Of a stretch of DNA of 64,000 bases, positions 19,737-29,300 are shown piece after piece. Location of the stretch: positions 992,001-1,056,000 of the forward strand of contig OY759746.1 of assembly GCA_963662795.1 (NCBI GenBank), read 5' to 3'. Origin of the DNA: Spirochaetia bacterium. GTDB lineage: Bacteria > Spirochaetota > Spirochaetia > CADAEX01. Under the pieces are notes generated by a model, which was not told where the DNA came from, ran no database searches, and worked only from the letters and a program-made list of their open reading frames with translations. The first letter of the stretch is position 1. Every line of letters begins with the position of its first letter. Both the position numbers and the translations under genes were made by a program.

Positions 19737-19760
19737 AAAAATGCCCGGCAACAGCCGGGC
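19737..19760 (-). terminator. Intrinsic terminator after the antiporter gene
   Basis: Minus strand GCCCGGC-TGTT-GCCGGGC followed by ATTTTT. Confidence 0.7.
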
Positions 19761-19806
19761 TGAGAATTCATCCGCATTATTTCAGATTAAAGAATTAAGC
19801 GCTTCT

Positions 19807-21468
19807 TCACGCAGCCCGCGAGAGAATCTTTTTCCTGGCAGATTTAAATATTTTCTTTTTATCAATTACACCAAGCCATTTTGATGAATCATTGTCTGAC
19901 AGGACAGGCAGCTGATCGAGATGGAGCTGATCCATGAGAGCAACAGAATCAATTAAAGGGTCTCCGGCAACAGCTGTGTTTTTCATTTTTTTCACAAAAT
20001 CTCCCGCAACAAGCCAGTCCCATGTCGACTGGTCAAGGAAAACTGATTTTATATCCTTAAATGATATAATTCCCAGAAATCGGCTGTCTTTGTCAAGGAC
20101 AGAAACAAAAGTATCATCCGCTTCATTAAAAACATTTACAATATCGCGGATAGTGGCATCAACCTGGACACTTATTGATTTTTCCTCAATACAGTCGATG
20201 ACTTTCCATTCTGAAATTACATCTTCAACTGTAATATTCCGCCCTGCCTCTCCTGCTTTTTTCACTGCAACCTTTACCAGAACCGGTCCTGCAAGCTGTA
20301 CAATCAGCGTTGTTGTTGTTACGCCGAAAACTATTACATCACCAAGTGAGAGTCCGTCTGCAACCATAATATTTCCGAGACTTCCGCTTGCCATAATTGA
20401 AAGACCTATTGCAACCCCGCCCTGTGAAAAAAGGCTCATACCTGTAAACCGTCTCACGACAGGATCAGCATTTGAAAGCCTTGCCCCGATCCATGAGCCC
20501 AGGTATTTTCCGGCGCTTCTCATAAGCACATAAACCGCGATTATCAGCCAGAGCCAGAGAGGCATCGAACTTATATTTATCCTTGCCCCGACCAGGACAA
20601 AAAAGAGTATATAAATCGGTGTTGATATGCCCCTGATATTATCTATTACATCCCTGCTTCTCGCGGGGACCATGTTTACGAGCGCTACCCCCGCGAACAT
20701 GGAGGCAAGTATAATATCGAGATCAAGCAGCACACTCAATCCGATGCAGACCAGGAGCAGCCCAAAGCCAAGAACAAAAATGGTATCCCTGTTTCTCACT
20801 TTTCTTATAAGCACACCTATCAAAACACCGGTGGCAACTCCAAGGCCTATGGAAAAAAACAGGTTTAAGAACACATGTGAAAGTTCGCCGAGAATATCAG
20901 CGCTTCCGCCTGTCAAAATTCTTGAAAGGCTTGTCCCGAGGCCGTAAAGAAACATGGCCAGGGCATCGTCAAGAGCGACTATTGCTATAATAGTTGTTGT
21001 AAGTATTCCGGCGGCCCTGTATTCCCACAGGACATTCATTGTGGCAGCAGGGTCGGTCGCGGAAGCTATCGCTCCGAAAACCATTCCGCCGGCAAGAGCG
21101 AGCGGGACTGATCCGCTTACCTGCCAGAGGCATAACGCCACAGAGACACCTACAAGCAGAAACGCCAGAATTCCCTCTGCAAACAAAATCAGTGAGAACT
21201 GTTTTCCATACTTCCTCATATCTTCAAATTTTATCTCGCTGCCGACAAGGAAACCTATAATGCCAAGTGCGAAATAGTTGAAAGAGACAAGATGGTCAAT
21301 ATGAATCCTGGATATCAGATGAAACCCGCTTTGCCCGATAATAATTCCCGCCAGAATATAGCCGAGAACCTGCGGCATTTTCACTTTTTTAAAAATTAGA
21401 GCGGATATAATCCCGCCGAAAATCGAGAGCCCGAATAAAAACAGCAAACCGGTATCAAGATCAAGCAT
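19807..21468 (-). CDS. Cation:proton antiporter (Na+/H+ exchanger family) with C-terminal CBS pair
   Basis: About 12-13 TM segments, ASATDPAAT, IVALDD, FFVLVGA, SQGGVAIGL; C-terminal CBS repeats (FLGIISFKDI, LPVL...LGVIDKK). Confidence 0.9.
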   Translation of the reverse strand: MLDLDTGLLFLFGLSIFGGIISALIFKKVKMPQVLGYILAGIIIGQSGFHLISRIHIDHLVSFNYFALGIIGFLVGSEIKFEDMRKYGKQFSLILFAEGILAFLLVGVSVALCLWQVSGSVPLALAGGMVFGAIASATDPAATMNVLWEYRAAGILTTTIIAIVALDDALAMFLYGLGTSLSRILTGGSADILGELSHVFLNLFFSIGLGVATGVLIGVLIRKVRNRDTIFVLGFGLLLVCIGLSVLLDLDIILASMFAGVALVNMVPARSRDVIDNIRGISTPIYILFFVLVGARINISSMPLWLWLIIAVYVLMRSAGKYLGSWIGARLSNADPVVRRFTGMSLFSQGGVAIGLSIMASGSLGNIMVADGLSLGDVIVFGVTTTTLIVQLAGPVLVKVAVKKAGEAGRNITVEDVISEWKVIDCIEEKSISVQVDATIRDIVNVFNEADDTFVSVLDKDSRFLGIISFKDIKSVFLDQSTWDWLVAGDFVKKMKNTAVAGDPLIDSVALMDQLHLDQLPVLSDNDSSKWLGVIDKKKIFKSARKKILSRAA

Positions 21469-22117
21469 GATTTTCCTCCGTAAGTAAAACTGAAACTATT
21501 TCCTCCTGAGAGCCGGCATCAAGAAGTTTGCCGATAACACCTTCCTTTTTCAGGAATTTTGATACCAGTGAAAGGACCTTGATATACTCGGTATGCTGAT
21601 TTCTCCCTGCAAGGATCATTACAATTATCCTTACCGGCCTGTCATCAATAGCTGCATAATCCCAGACCGGATTTGCCGTTACTCCGACTGCGATATGGAT
21701 GTCCCTGACCCCGTTCAGGCGGCAATGGGGAATAGCTATAGAAAGGCCGATCCCTGTGCTCATTATCTCCTCCCGGTCAAAAATCGCGTTGGCAATTTCG
21801 GCACGGCTGTTTACTCCGGGGATTCCGTCAAACAAATCTATCATTTTGTTAAGTACATCAGCTTTCTTATCTGCATCAATCTTAACAACCCTTGATGATA
21901 CAATCAGGGGCTTCAGCGACTCATAAGTTGAGATATCTTTCTTTATTCTTGGCGAAAGCTTGCTGTTGAGCCAATCTTCAACGTCCGAATACCTGAAACG
22001 CCATGTTGTTCCTATTTTGCCGCCCGGGAGTTCACCCCTGCCGGCCCAGTCTGCAACAGTTCTCTCTGAAACACGGAGAAACTCTGCGACCTCTTCCAAT
22101 GTCATTATTTTTTCCAT
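21461..22117 (-). CDS. Excisionase-like HTH fused to PTS EIIA (Fru/Ntr-type)
   Basis: MTLEEVAEFLRVSERTV...GELPGGKIGTTWRF HTH, then DREEIMSTGIGLSIAIPH (phospho-His). Start set at ATG 22117 from the promoter position. Confidence 0.92.
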   Translation of the reverse strand: MEKIMTLEEVAEFLRVSERTVADWAGRGELPGGKIGTTWRFRYSDVEDWLNSKLSPRIKKDISTYESLKPLIVSSRVVKIDADKKADVLNKMIDLFDGIPGVNSRAEIANAIFDREEIMSTGIGLSIAIPHCRLNGVRDIHIAVGVTANPVWDYAAIDDRPVRIIVMILAGRNQHTEYIKVLSLVSKFLKKEGVIGKLLDAGSQEEIVSVLLTEENHA

Positions 22118-22278
22118 AACATTAAAATACCACAAACAACATTAAATTACAAGATATTACGCTATTTTTCTTTAATTATCTCTTATTTTCTTTATACTGC
22201 CTCTAAAGTGTTATTAAGCCTTTTTTTAGCGAAGAATCCACCTCAAAGACATATTATTCCCTGTATAATAAAATTTAC

Positions 22279-22307
22279 CTTTAATCCGTAAATTATACGG
22301 ATTAAAG
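22279..22307. promoter_or_regulatory. Perfect 12-bp inverted repeat in a divergent intergenic region
   Basis: CTTTAATCCGTA-AATTA-TACGGATTAAAG. Function inferred from position only. Confidence 0.55.
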
Positions 22308-22357
22308 CAAAAAAGAGTATAAATATAACGTGCTGAATGGAAAGGAAAGAATTTTAT

Positions 22358-22385
22358 TTGCAAAAACAGACATTGGTAGTAGAAT
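22358..22385 (+). promoter_or_regulatory. Putative sigma70 promoter of the uORF-tnaA transcript
   Basis: TTGCAA-16 nt-TAGAAT, implying a start near 22392, just before AAGGT and the uORF ATG. Confidence 0.5.
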
Positions 22386-22401
22386 AAAACCAAGGTAAGA
22401 T

Positions 22402-22476
22402 ATGATTTACAGATGTATCTTTCTTCATTTCAAGTACACAAAATGTCCCCACCTCTATGTAAAAGACGAGCCGTGA
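22402..22476 (+). CDS. Putative 24-aa leader peptide upstream of tryptophanase (TnaC-like geometry)
   Basis: [24 protein letters not shown], then TGA TAA; SD-like AAGGT upstream; ends 64 nt before the tnaA ATG. Translation is unproven. Confidence 0.45.
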   Translation: MIYRCIFLHFKYTKCPHLYVKDEP

Positions 22477-22540
22477 TAAGCCATTCAACTTAATTAATAA
22501 CCAGTTTCCAGATTACACATTAAAAATTAAGGAGAATGAA

Positions 22541-23920
22541 ATGAAAAAAGCAATTCCGGAACCTTTTAAAATCAAAATGGTAGAACGGCTTAATATAATC
22601 CCAAAGGATGAGAGAATCAAAGCATTGAAAAAAGCTGGCTACAACCCGTTTTCACTCAGATCGGAAGATATTTATATCGATCTTCTCACAGACAGCGGCA
22701 CAGGAGCCATGAGTGATTCCCAGTGGGGAGACTTAATGAAAGGGGATGAGTCTTACGCCGGAAGCAGAAGTTTTTACCGCCTTGAGGAAAACGCTAAAAA
22801 AATATTCGGCTATGACTATATAATTCCCACACACCAGGGAAGAGGCGCTGAGCAGATACTTTTCCCGATGGTTTTAAAGGAAAAAGGGAGCCATTTTATA
22901 AGCAACATGCATTTTGATACAACCAAGGCCCATGTTGAGCTGGCAGGCGGCAGGGCAGTCAATGTAATTACCAAAGATGCGCTTGATACGCAGAAATACG
23001 GGGATTTCAAGGGAAACTTTGATATTGAAAAACTCAGCTCGACAATCAGGGAAGTAACTCCCGCGAAAGTTTCAGCGATAATTATTACTATAACATGCAA
23101 TTCGGTCGGAGGGCAGCCTGTTTCAATGGACAACATCAAACAGGTTAAGGCCATCGCAGATAAAAACAAAATACCGGTAATTATTGATGCCGCACGCTAT
23201 GCTGAAAATGCATATTTTATCAAAACAAGGGAAAAAGGGTATGAGAACAAATCAATTGCAGAAATAGTTTTTGAAATGTTTTCCTATTCAGACATGTTCA
23301 CCTTTTCAGCGAAAAAGGACGCCATAGTAAACATCGGAGGACTGCTGGGAATTAAAAAAGATACGGATCTTTATAACAAATGCAGATCCTACCTTGTCCC
23401 GATGGAAGGTTTCCCGACTTACGGAGGACTTGCGGGGCGCGATATGGAAGCGCTTGCCACCGGCCTTCTTGAGGGTATAGATTTCAGATATCTGGAATAC
23501 AGGATTAAACAGGTTGAGTATCTCGGAGACAGGCTCAGGGAGGGCGGCGTTCCCATCCAGTATCCGGCAGGGGGACATGCCATCTTTGTAGACTGCGCCA
23601 AAATGGCGCCCCAGATACCTTATTACGAGTTCCCAGCCCAGGCAATCTGTAACGAGGTTTATATAGAAGGAGGGATAAGGGCGGTCGAGATAGGCTCATT
23701 TCTCCTCGGAAGAGACCCCGATACCCGTGAGAACCTTCAGTCGCCTCTTGAGCTGATGAGACTGACCATACCGAGAAGGGTCTATACAAACAACCACATG
23801 GATTATATTGCAGAGACTGTTATCGAAGTAAGCAAAAGGGCAGGAAAGCTTAAAGGATTCACGTTTGACTATGAACCTAAAGTCCTGAGACATTTTACGG
23901 CAAAACTGAAACCTGTCTGA
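22541..23920 (+). CDS. tnaA: Tryptophanase (tryptophan indole-lyase)
   Basis: [29 protein letters not shown] Lys in [21 protein letters not shown] and LRHF are tryptophanase-type residues (TPL has FTTT and LRFF). Confidence 0.93.
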   Translation: MKKAIPEPFKIKMVERLNIIPKDERIKALKKAGYNPFSLRSEDIYIDLLTDSGTGAMSDSQWGDLMKGDESYAGSRSFYRLEENAKKIFGYDYIIPTHQGRGAEQILFPMVLKEKGSHFISNMHFDTTKAHVELAGGRAVNVITKDALDTQKYGDFKGNFDIEKLSSTIREVTPAKVSAIIITITCNSVGGQPVSMDNIKQVKAIADKNKIPVIIDAARYAENAYFIKTREKGYENKSIAEIVFEMFSYSDMFTFSAKKDAIVNIGGLLGIKKDTDLYNKCRSYLVPMEGFPTYGGLAGRDMEALATGLLEGIDFRYLEYRIKQVEYLGDRLREGGVPIQYPAGGHAIFVDCAKMAPQIPYYEFPAQAICNEVYIEGGIRAVEIGSFLLGRDPDTRENLQSPLELMRLTIPRRVYTNNHMDYIAETVIEVSKRAGKLKGFTFDYEPKVLRHFTAKLKPV

Positions 23921-24016
23921 CCTGAGACCGGACAGGTTAAACTGCGCCTGACGGGGTTTATTCCGGATGTCAGCTGACGGAAGCTTTCAGCAGCTGTCTG
24001 CTGCCGGGATAAACCC
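23910..24016. terminator. Two hairpins after tnaA (terminator or mRNA-stabilising structures)
   Basis: AACCTGTCTG...CGGACAGGTT (23910-23938) and GGGTTTATTCCGG...CCGGGATAAACCC (23954-24016) with inner CAGCTG pair. Confidence 0.5.
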
Positions 24017-24119
24017 TTGATTTTATTTACAGGCTTTTTGATTAGTTTTATCTAATATACTTTTATCCGTCTTTTTTTCCGGTTGAATAAAACCGCCAGG
24101 TAATATAATATCAGCACTG

Positions 24120-24881
24120 ATGAATTCTTTTTTCAGACAGATAGTATTTATTATTTTTCTCTTTGCATTATGGTTTTTCCTTGCTGAATCCGGCATGGTC
24201 AACAGCTATCTGGTACCTTCTCCGGCAAGGGTATTTCAAGCCGGGGTTGAAATGACGGCAAACGGGAAACTGCAGACAAATATCATGATATCAATAATGC
24301 GTGTAATCTACGGGTTCATCATTACAGCGTCAGTTGCCATGCCGCTGGCTTTTATTTTCTATTTATTTCCCCTCCTCTACAGTTATTTCAGCGGTTTTTT
24401 TGCATTTCTCAAAAGCATCCCGCCGCTTGCTACCGTACCGCTTCTTATACTATGGTTTGGCATTGATGAGGCTTCCAAAATAGCACTTATTTTTCTTGCG
24501 AGTTTTTTCCCGGTATTCCTGGACACTTTTAACGGTCTTGCCCAGGTTGATAAAAAAATACTTGAGATGGGAGACACCCTCGAGCTTAGCTACTTTGAAA
24601 AAATTTATTATATTCTGATTCCTGAGGCGCTGCCGTCCATTATCACAGGACTGAGGCTTGGATTTGCGTACTGCTGGAGAGCCCTGATAGGGGCAGAGAT
24701 GATTGCGGCATCATCGGGGCTGGGGTACATGATTCTCGACGCCGAAGAGATGGCGCGTATAGACATTGTATATCTTGGAATTATCTGTATCGGCGTATTC
24801 GGGCTTGTCATAGAGTTTACAATTTTAAGACTGGTCAACAGCGTTTTCCCGTGGATGAACTGCGGGGGTACCCGCAAATGA
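24120..24881 (+). CDS. ABC transporter permease (NitT/TauT/SsuC type)
   Basis: PSPARV, IPPLATVPLLILWFGIDE, PEALPSIITGLRLG, LIGAEMIAASSGLGYMI. Confidence 0.93.
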   Translation: MNSFFRQIVFIIFLFALWFFLAESGMVNSYLVPSPARVFQAGVEMTANGKLQTNIMISIMRVIYGFIITASVAMPLAFIFYLFPLLYSYFSGFFAFLKSIPPLATVPLLILWFGIDEASKIALIFLASFFPVFLDTFNGLAQVDKKILEMGDTLELSYFEKIYYILIPEALPSIITGLRLGFAYCWRALIGAEMIAASSGLGYMILDAEEMARIDIVYLGIICIGVFGLVIEFTILRLVNSVFPWMNCGGTRK

Positions 24882-24903
24882 CAATATATGAGGTGATATT
24901 TTA

Positions 24904-25617
24904 ATGCCCCTTGTTAAGCTTGATAATGTAACAAAAATATATGCGATAGAGAATGCTTCTGTTACGGCTCTTGATAATGTTACGCTTTCAATCGAAAGCG
25001 GGTCGTTTATTTCCGTAATAGGGAAAAGCGGGGCAGGCAAGACAACACTGCTCAGCATAATAAACAGAATTGAAAAGCCGGACACCGGAAGCATATCATA
25101 TGAGCGTCCGGTAAAAACAGGAACAATTTTTCAGGAACCCAGGCTGATCAGGACAAAAACTGTGGAGAAAAACCTGAAGCTTGCACTTTGCAGGGAAAAA
25201 GACAAGGTTGAGAAAAAAAGACTGATTGACGAAACTCTGAAAATGACAGGGCTTGAACTTTTCAGAAAGGCATATCCTTTTCAGCTTTCCGGGGGAATGG
25301 CCCAAAGGGTATCATTGGGCCGGGCGTTATGCAGGAAACCGGAGCTGCTTCTCATGGATGAGCCTTTCGGATCACTTGATGCGATAACAAGGAAAAATCT
25401 CCAGCAGGAACTTACCTCAATATACCGCAGCAGGGCTATCACCATTATCTTCATAACCCATGACGTAACTGAAGCGATAATGCTCTCTGAGCGGATTCTT
25501 GTAATGAATAAAGGGCGCATTACAGACAATATCGCTGTCGATCTTCCTCTTGAGAGAAATGAGAATGACAGGGATTTCATCAATATAAGAAAGCATCTTT
25601 ACGAATTGATTATATAA
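24904..25617 (+). CDS. ABC transporter ATP-binding protein (SsuB/TauB type)
   Basis: GKSGAGKTT, FQEPRL, LSGGMAQR, LLMDEPFGSLD, ITHD. Confidence 0.95.
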   Translation: MPLVKLDNVTKIYAIENASVTALDNVTLSIESGSFISVIGKSGAGKTTLLSIINRIEKPDTGSISYERPVKTGTIFQEPRLIRTKTVEKNLKLALCREKDKVEKKRLIDETLKMTGLELFRKAYPFQLSGGMAQRVSLGRALCRKPELLLMDEPFGSLDAITRKNLQQELTSIYRSRAITIIFITHDVTEAIMLSERILVMNKGRITDNIAVDLPLERNENDRDFINIRKHLYELII

Positions 25618-25636
25618 AAGGAAGGAGAATTAACAA

Positions 25637-26572
25637 ATGAAACGCACAGTATTTTATCTTATTTTTACTTTTTTATTCGGGATTTACCCGTCTTTCAGTC
25701 AGCAGCTGAATGAACTGAATGTGACTTATGTAAAGTCACCGTTTAATCTGCCGTCCATTGTTGTAAAAAACCGTCAATTGCTTGAAAAGGCATTTGCAGA
25801 AAAAGGGGTAAAAGTAAACTATTACGAAATCAACTCCGGCGCAAAACAGGCGGAGGCAATGGCCGCAAAATCCATTGATATAGCAGGGGTGATCAATACC
25901 ACATCTGTTATTATGGCTAACGCAAACGGCAACCATGTCGAGATTGTTTCAGGATACAGCCGGCCGGAAAAAGTATTTGCCCTTGTAGTAGGGAATAAAA
26001 ACATAAATTCCGTCAAAGAGCTTAAAGGGAGGAAAATTGCGGGCCCCAAGGGAACAGTTCTTCATCAGATGCTGGTTTCCGCACTGGAAAAAGAGGGGAT
26101 GACAATTGATAACATTGAATTCCTGCAGATGGATATCCCCAAAGCAGCCGCAGCGCTTCAGGCAGGGCATATTGACGGGGCGCTGCTTGCAGCCGGCACT
26201 GTAATTAACGCGGTTAAAGCCGGGAGCAGGGTTCTTTTTACAGCGGAAGGAAACGTTAATCCGCTTCTTGTTATCGCATCCAGAGACGGGTTTGCGGCGG
26301 ATTACCCTGAATATATCAGGCTTTTTGTAGACGTTCACAGGAAAGCTCTTGAGTGGATAAAGGCCAATTACAGGGAAGCTGTTCAGATGGGAGCGGATGA
26401 ACAGAACATCAGCTTTGAAGATGCCGCGACCCTTTACGAATGGACTGATTTTGATTTTTCATTTACCGAAAATGACAAAGCATCCACTGCTGAAGATATA
26501 TTGTTTCTTGAAAAAAACGGAATGATCAGAAAGAGGATTTCAGCTGATGATTTCATAAATATCACGGGTTAA
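25637..26572 (+). CDS. ABC transporter substrate-binding protein (SsuA/THI5/NMT1-like)
   Basis: Signal peptide, ELKGRKIAGPKGT, ALQAGHIDGA; in operon with the permease and ATPase. Confidence 0.88.
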   Translation: MKRTVFYLIFTFLFGIYPSFSQQLNELNVTYVKSPFNLPSIVVKNRQLLEKAFAEKGVKVNYYEINSGAKQAEAMAAKSIDIAGVINTTSVIMANANGNHVEIVSGYSRPEKVFALVVGNKNINSVKELKGRKIAGPKGTVLHQMLVSALEKEGMTIDNIEFLQMDIPKAAAALQAGHIDGALLAAGTVINAVKAGSRVLFTAEGNVNPLLVIASRDGFAADYPEYIRLFVDVHRKALEWIKANYREAVQMGADEQNISFEDAATLYEWTDFDFSFTENDKASTAEDILFLEKNGMIRKRISADDFINITG

Positions 26573-26589
26573 AAATAACAACACTGCTG

Positions 26590-26620
26590 AAAAACCCCGA
26601 CAAATATTGTCGGGGTTTTT
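26590..26620. terminator. Bidirectional intrinsic terminator
   Basis: AAAAACCCCGACAA-ATA-TTGTCGGGGTTTTT between convergent operons. Confidence 0.9.
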
Positions 26621-26707
26621 TATATAAACAGTGAAATATAAATCGTAAAAAACAGCTGTTTATTTAAATTGCCTATAACATCTCTTAACATCTTTCAGGG
26701 CAAAGTT

Positions 26708-27934
26708 TCAGGAAAACTGAAAATCCTTCCACTGCATGTAAATATCCTCAAACGGCTCAAGCGCCCTTGGAAGAAGCCCGTTTGCCCAGCCGAGAAAGAG
26801 TCCGTAATTGGTTACAGGTGTTCCGCTTTTTTTTATCTTTTCAAGCCTGGAGAGCATTGTTGTCCGTGTTATCATGCAGGCCGCGCAGTGTATTATCATC
26901 GAATACTGTGAAAGTTCTTCAGCCTCGGGAAGTATCCGCGTAAACTCAAACTCGGCATCTGGATTTACAAGCTGGCGGAAAAGACGGGGTATTTTTACTG
27001 TACCAATGTCATCAGCCTGCCTGTGGTGGGAACAGGCTTCCATTACAAGGACTTTCGGTTTGCCTTCATGTTTTCTTATTTCTGTAATCCCTTTTATAAA
27101 TTCGGAAAGTTCCCCTTTTTTGCGGGCAAACAGGATCGAGAAAGAGGTAAGCATCTGATCAGGCGGTATATCCGCGGCAGCTTTGTGGAATGCCTGACTG
27201 TCAGTTATCACGAGTTTTGGACGGACGGAAAGGGAATCATAGAATTTTTTCAGTTCCCGCTCTTTGGTCACAAGCGCCGCGCAATCCCTGTCGAGGCAGT
27301 CCCTTATAGTCTCAACCTGGGGCATAATAAGCCTGCCCTTCGGAGCGGCAAGGTCTATGGGAGTAACAAGTACAACAAGATCACCCTCCCTTACCAGACC
27401 TTCAAGAGGTGAAGGCTCAAATGAGGTTTTGCTGCCGAATGAGATAAGTATTTTTTTAAGCTCCGCAATTCCTTTTCCCGATAAATTATCCACCCGGCAT
27501 GAGGTGAACTTTGACGCCCACTCAAGCTTGGAGGCACTGGGCGGATTATCTGCAAAAGTCAGAACGACAAGAAGCAGTCCTTTTCCCGCACGGATAACAT
27601 CGGCCGTTTTTATCTCATCTTCAGAAGGAGTGCGGTCAATTCTGCTGACAATAATATGTATATCCGCGCTTTCGCTTCTCTCAATTGTTTTGCGTATCCT
27701 TTCCCTGCCTATCGATCCCTCATCATCAAGCCCGGCGGTATCTATAACAGTAACCGGCCCGAGCGACTCGAGTTCCATGGCCCGAGCAACCGGATCCGTG
27801 GTAGTTCCCGGCAGTTCCGACACTATGGATATGTCCTTTTCAAAGAGATTGTTCATCAGTGAGGATTTTCCCGCATTACGCAAACCCAGAAGAACTATTC
27901 TCGTCCTAAGGGCGTCAGCTGTTTTTGTCATCAT
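26708..27934 (-). CDS. hydF: [FeFe]-hydrogenase maturation GTPase HydF
   Basis: GLRNAGKSS, GTTTDPV, DTAGLDD, APKGRLIMPQV, ITDSQAF, EACSHH and HCAAC cluster ligands. Confidence 0.96.
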   Translation of the reverse strand: MMTKTADALRTRIVLLGLRNAGKSSLMNNLFEKDISIVSELPGTTTDPVARAMELESLGPVTVIDTAGLDDEGSIGRERIRKTIERSESADIHIIVSRIDRTPSEDEIKTADVIRAGKGLLLVVLTFADNPPSASKLEWASKFTSCRVDNLSGKGIAELKKILISFGSKTSFEPSPLEGLVREGDLVVLVTPIDLAAPKGRLIMPQVETIRDCLDRDCAALVTKERELKKFYDSLSVRPKLVITDSQAFHKAAADIPPDQMLTSFSILFARKKGELSEFIKGITEIRKHEGKPKVLVMEACSHHRQADDIGTVKIPRLFRQLVNPDAEFEFTRILPEAEELSQYSMIIHCAACMITRTTMLSRLEKIKKSGTPVTNYGLFLGWANGLLPRALEPFEDIYMQWKDFQFS

Positions 27935-29300
27935 TATTCTCCATATCTTTTTTTAAAATCCGGCCCGCTGAAGCACTCCTGTATCCGGTGAGGTTATCCC
28001 GGCCAAGCCATTTTGCCGCGGTTTCCCTGTCAATATCTGTATGAGATGCAACAATATTGATAAACTCTTCCGGGGACAAGGTCTCTTTTCCTTCCATAAG
28101 AGCTGATAGTTCTTTAATCATATTGTATCCCAGAATCGGCCTTAATGTATTCAGAATCGCTTTTGAACCGTAAAGGTTCTCAAGCATGAGGGCCCTGTCA
28201 ATTTTCATTCCGGAAAAAAATTTGTCCAGCAGGGAATCAACAGCATTTAACAGTGAAGAATGCACATCGATAAATGCATCAAGGGCAAAAGGGATATAGG
28301 GATTCAGCTGGAGCTGCCCTTCGCTGCAGTATCTGGATATCCTTGAGCATTCCTCCTGAATCAGGATTGCAAGGCCGCGGACATATTCGAGTATTACAGG
28401 ATTTGTCTTGAACGGCATGATAGTGGACCCGTACTGCAGGTCCGGATGTTTCATTTCACCGCATAAGGAAGATGTGTAAAGAAGAAGGTCCCCTGTAATC
28501 TTGTATATGTTTCCGGCTGCCAGCGAGAACCCGTTTGCGAGTTCTGAAAGGCAGTCGTGGTGCGCAACAGCATCAGGAAGGTTCTGGCTCCTGCATAGGG
28601 GAAGGGATGTTACCTCGCGCAGATACTTTTCTGCTGCAAAAACGTAAGCGGCGGGAGCAGAGAAGCATGTGCCTACGGCAGTACCGCCAAGGGCTGTAAC
28701 CCTTATCCGCTCTTTCAGTTTGGAAAGACGCCATCTGTCCCTCTCAACAGATCCGGCCCATCCGGAAAAAACCTGTGAAAGTTTTATTGGAAGCGCGTCC
28801 TGCAGTTCAGTTCTTGCGGTAAGAAGAACATCCTCATGCTCCTTTTCACTTTTAACAAGAAACTCCTGAAGTTCAATAATTTTCTTCTCCACATCACACA
28901 GAAATCTGTATAGCATTATGACTGCGGCCGAGGGAAACGTATCATTGGTCGACTGATAGCACGCTATATCCTCAAGCGGGCCTGACTTATAGCCGCCCTG
29001 ATACCTGTCGTTTGCCATGTTTGATATTACTTCGCAGATATTCATATGAAGGCTGGTTCCTGCTCCTCCCTGCCTGAGGGAAAGAGGGAACTGCTCATCG
29101 TGGAGGCCCGCGATTATCTCGCCGCACACATCCATGAGAACGGTGAAATACTCTTGCGGATAACGCTTTTCAAAATCCTGCTGCGCCATAAGGGCCGCTT
29201 TTTTCACTTCTCCGTAGGCCCTGATAAGGGGGGACGGGGTCTGAGCCCTGCCGAAGGACTTTAAAGCTTTCTCTGTTTCATTTCCGTAATATATTTTCAT
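27915..29300 (-). CDS. Aspartate ammonia-lyase / fumarase-superfamily lyase
   Basis: YYGNET, QGGAGTSLHMN, QSTNDTFP, RTELQDA, LGGTAVGT, GSTIMPFKTNP. Confidence 0.88.
   Translation of the reverse strand: MKIYYGNETEKALKSFGRAQTPSPLIRAYGEVKKAALMAQQDFEKRYPQEYFTVLMDVCGEIIAGLHDEQFPLSLRQGGAGTSLHMNICEVISNMANDRYQGGYKSGPLEDIACYQSTNDTFPSAAVIMLYRFLCDVEKKIIELQEFLVKSEKEHEDVLLTARTELQDALPIKLSQVFSGWAGSVERDRWRLSKLKERIRVTALGGTAVGTCFSAPAAYVFAAEKYLREVTSLPLCRSQNLPDAVAHHDCLSELANGFSLAAGNIYKITGDLLLYTSSLCGEMKHPDLQYGSTIMPFKTNPVILEYVRGLAILIQEECSRISRYCSEGQLQLNPYIPFALDAFIDVHSSLLNAVDSLLDKFFSGMKIDRALMLENLYGSKAILNTLRPILGYNMIKELSALMEGKETLSPEEFINIVASHTDIDRETAAKWLGRDNLTGYRSASAGRILKKDMENNDDKNS

Noticed and set aside
19934-21277. 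Long plus-strand ORFs (199, 106, 107 aa); similar cases at 27264-27956, 44490-45008 and 47354-47878
   Set aside because: Antisense to well-supported genes and lacking recognisable motifs.
21940-22117. Excisionase indicating a prophage or ICE
   Set aside because: The HTH is fused to EIIA; no integrase, att-like repeats or phage genes seen.
22541-23920. Tyrosine phenol-lyase instead of tryptophanase (tempting given the Tyr-rich uORF)
   Set aside because: HFDTT and LRHF match tryptophanase, not the FTTT and LRFF of TPL.
23940-24119. Riboswitch (TPP or SAM) upstream of the ABC importer
   Set aside because: A hairpin is present but the conserved aptamer cores are not recognisable, and a likely -10 box lies downstream of it.
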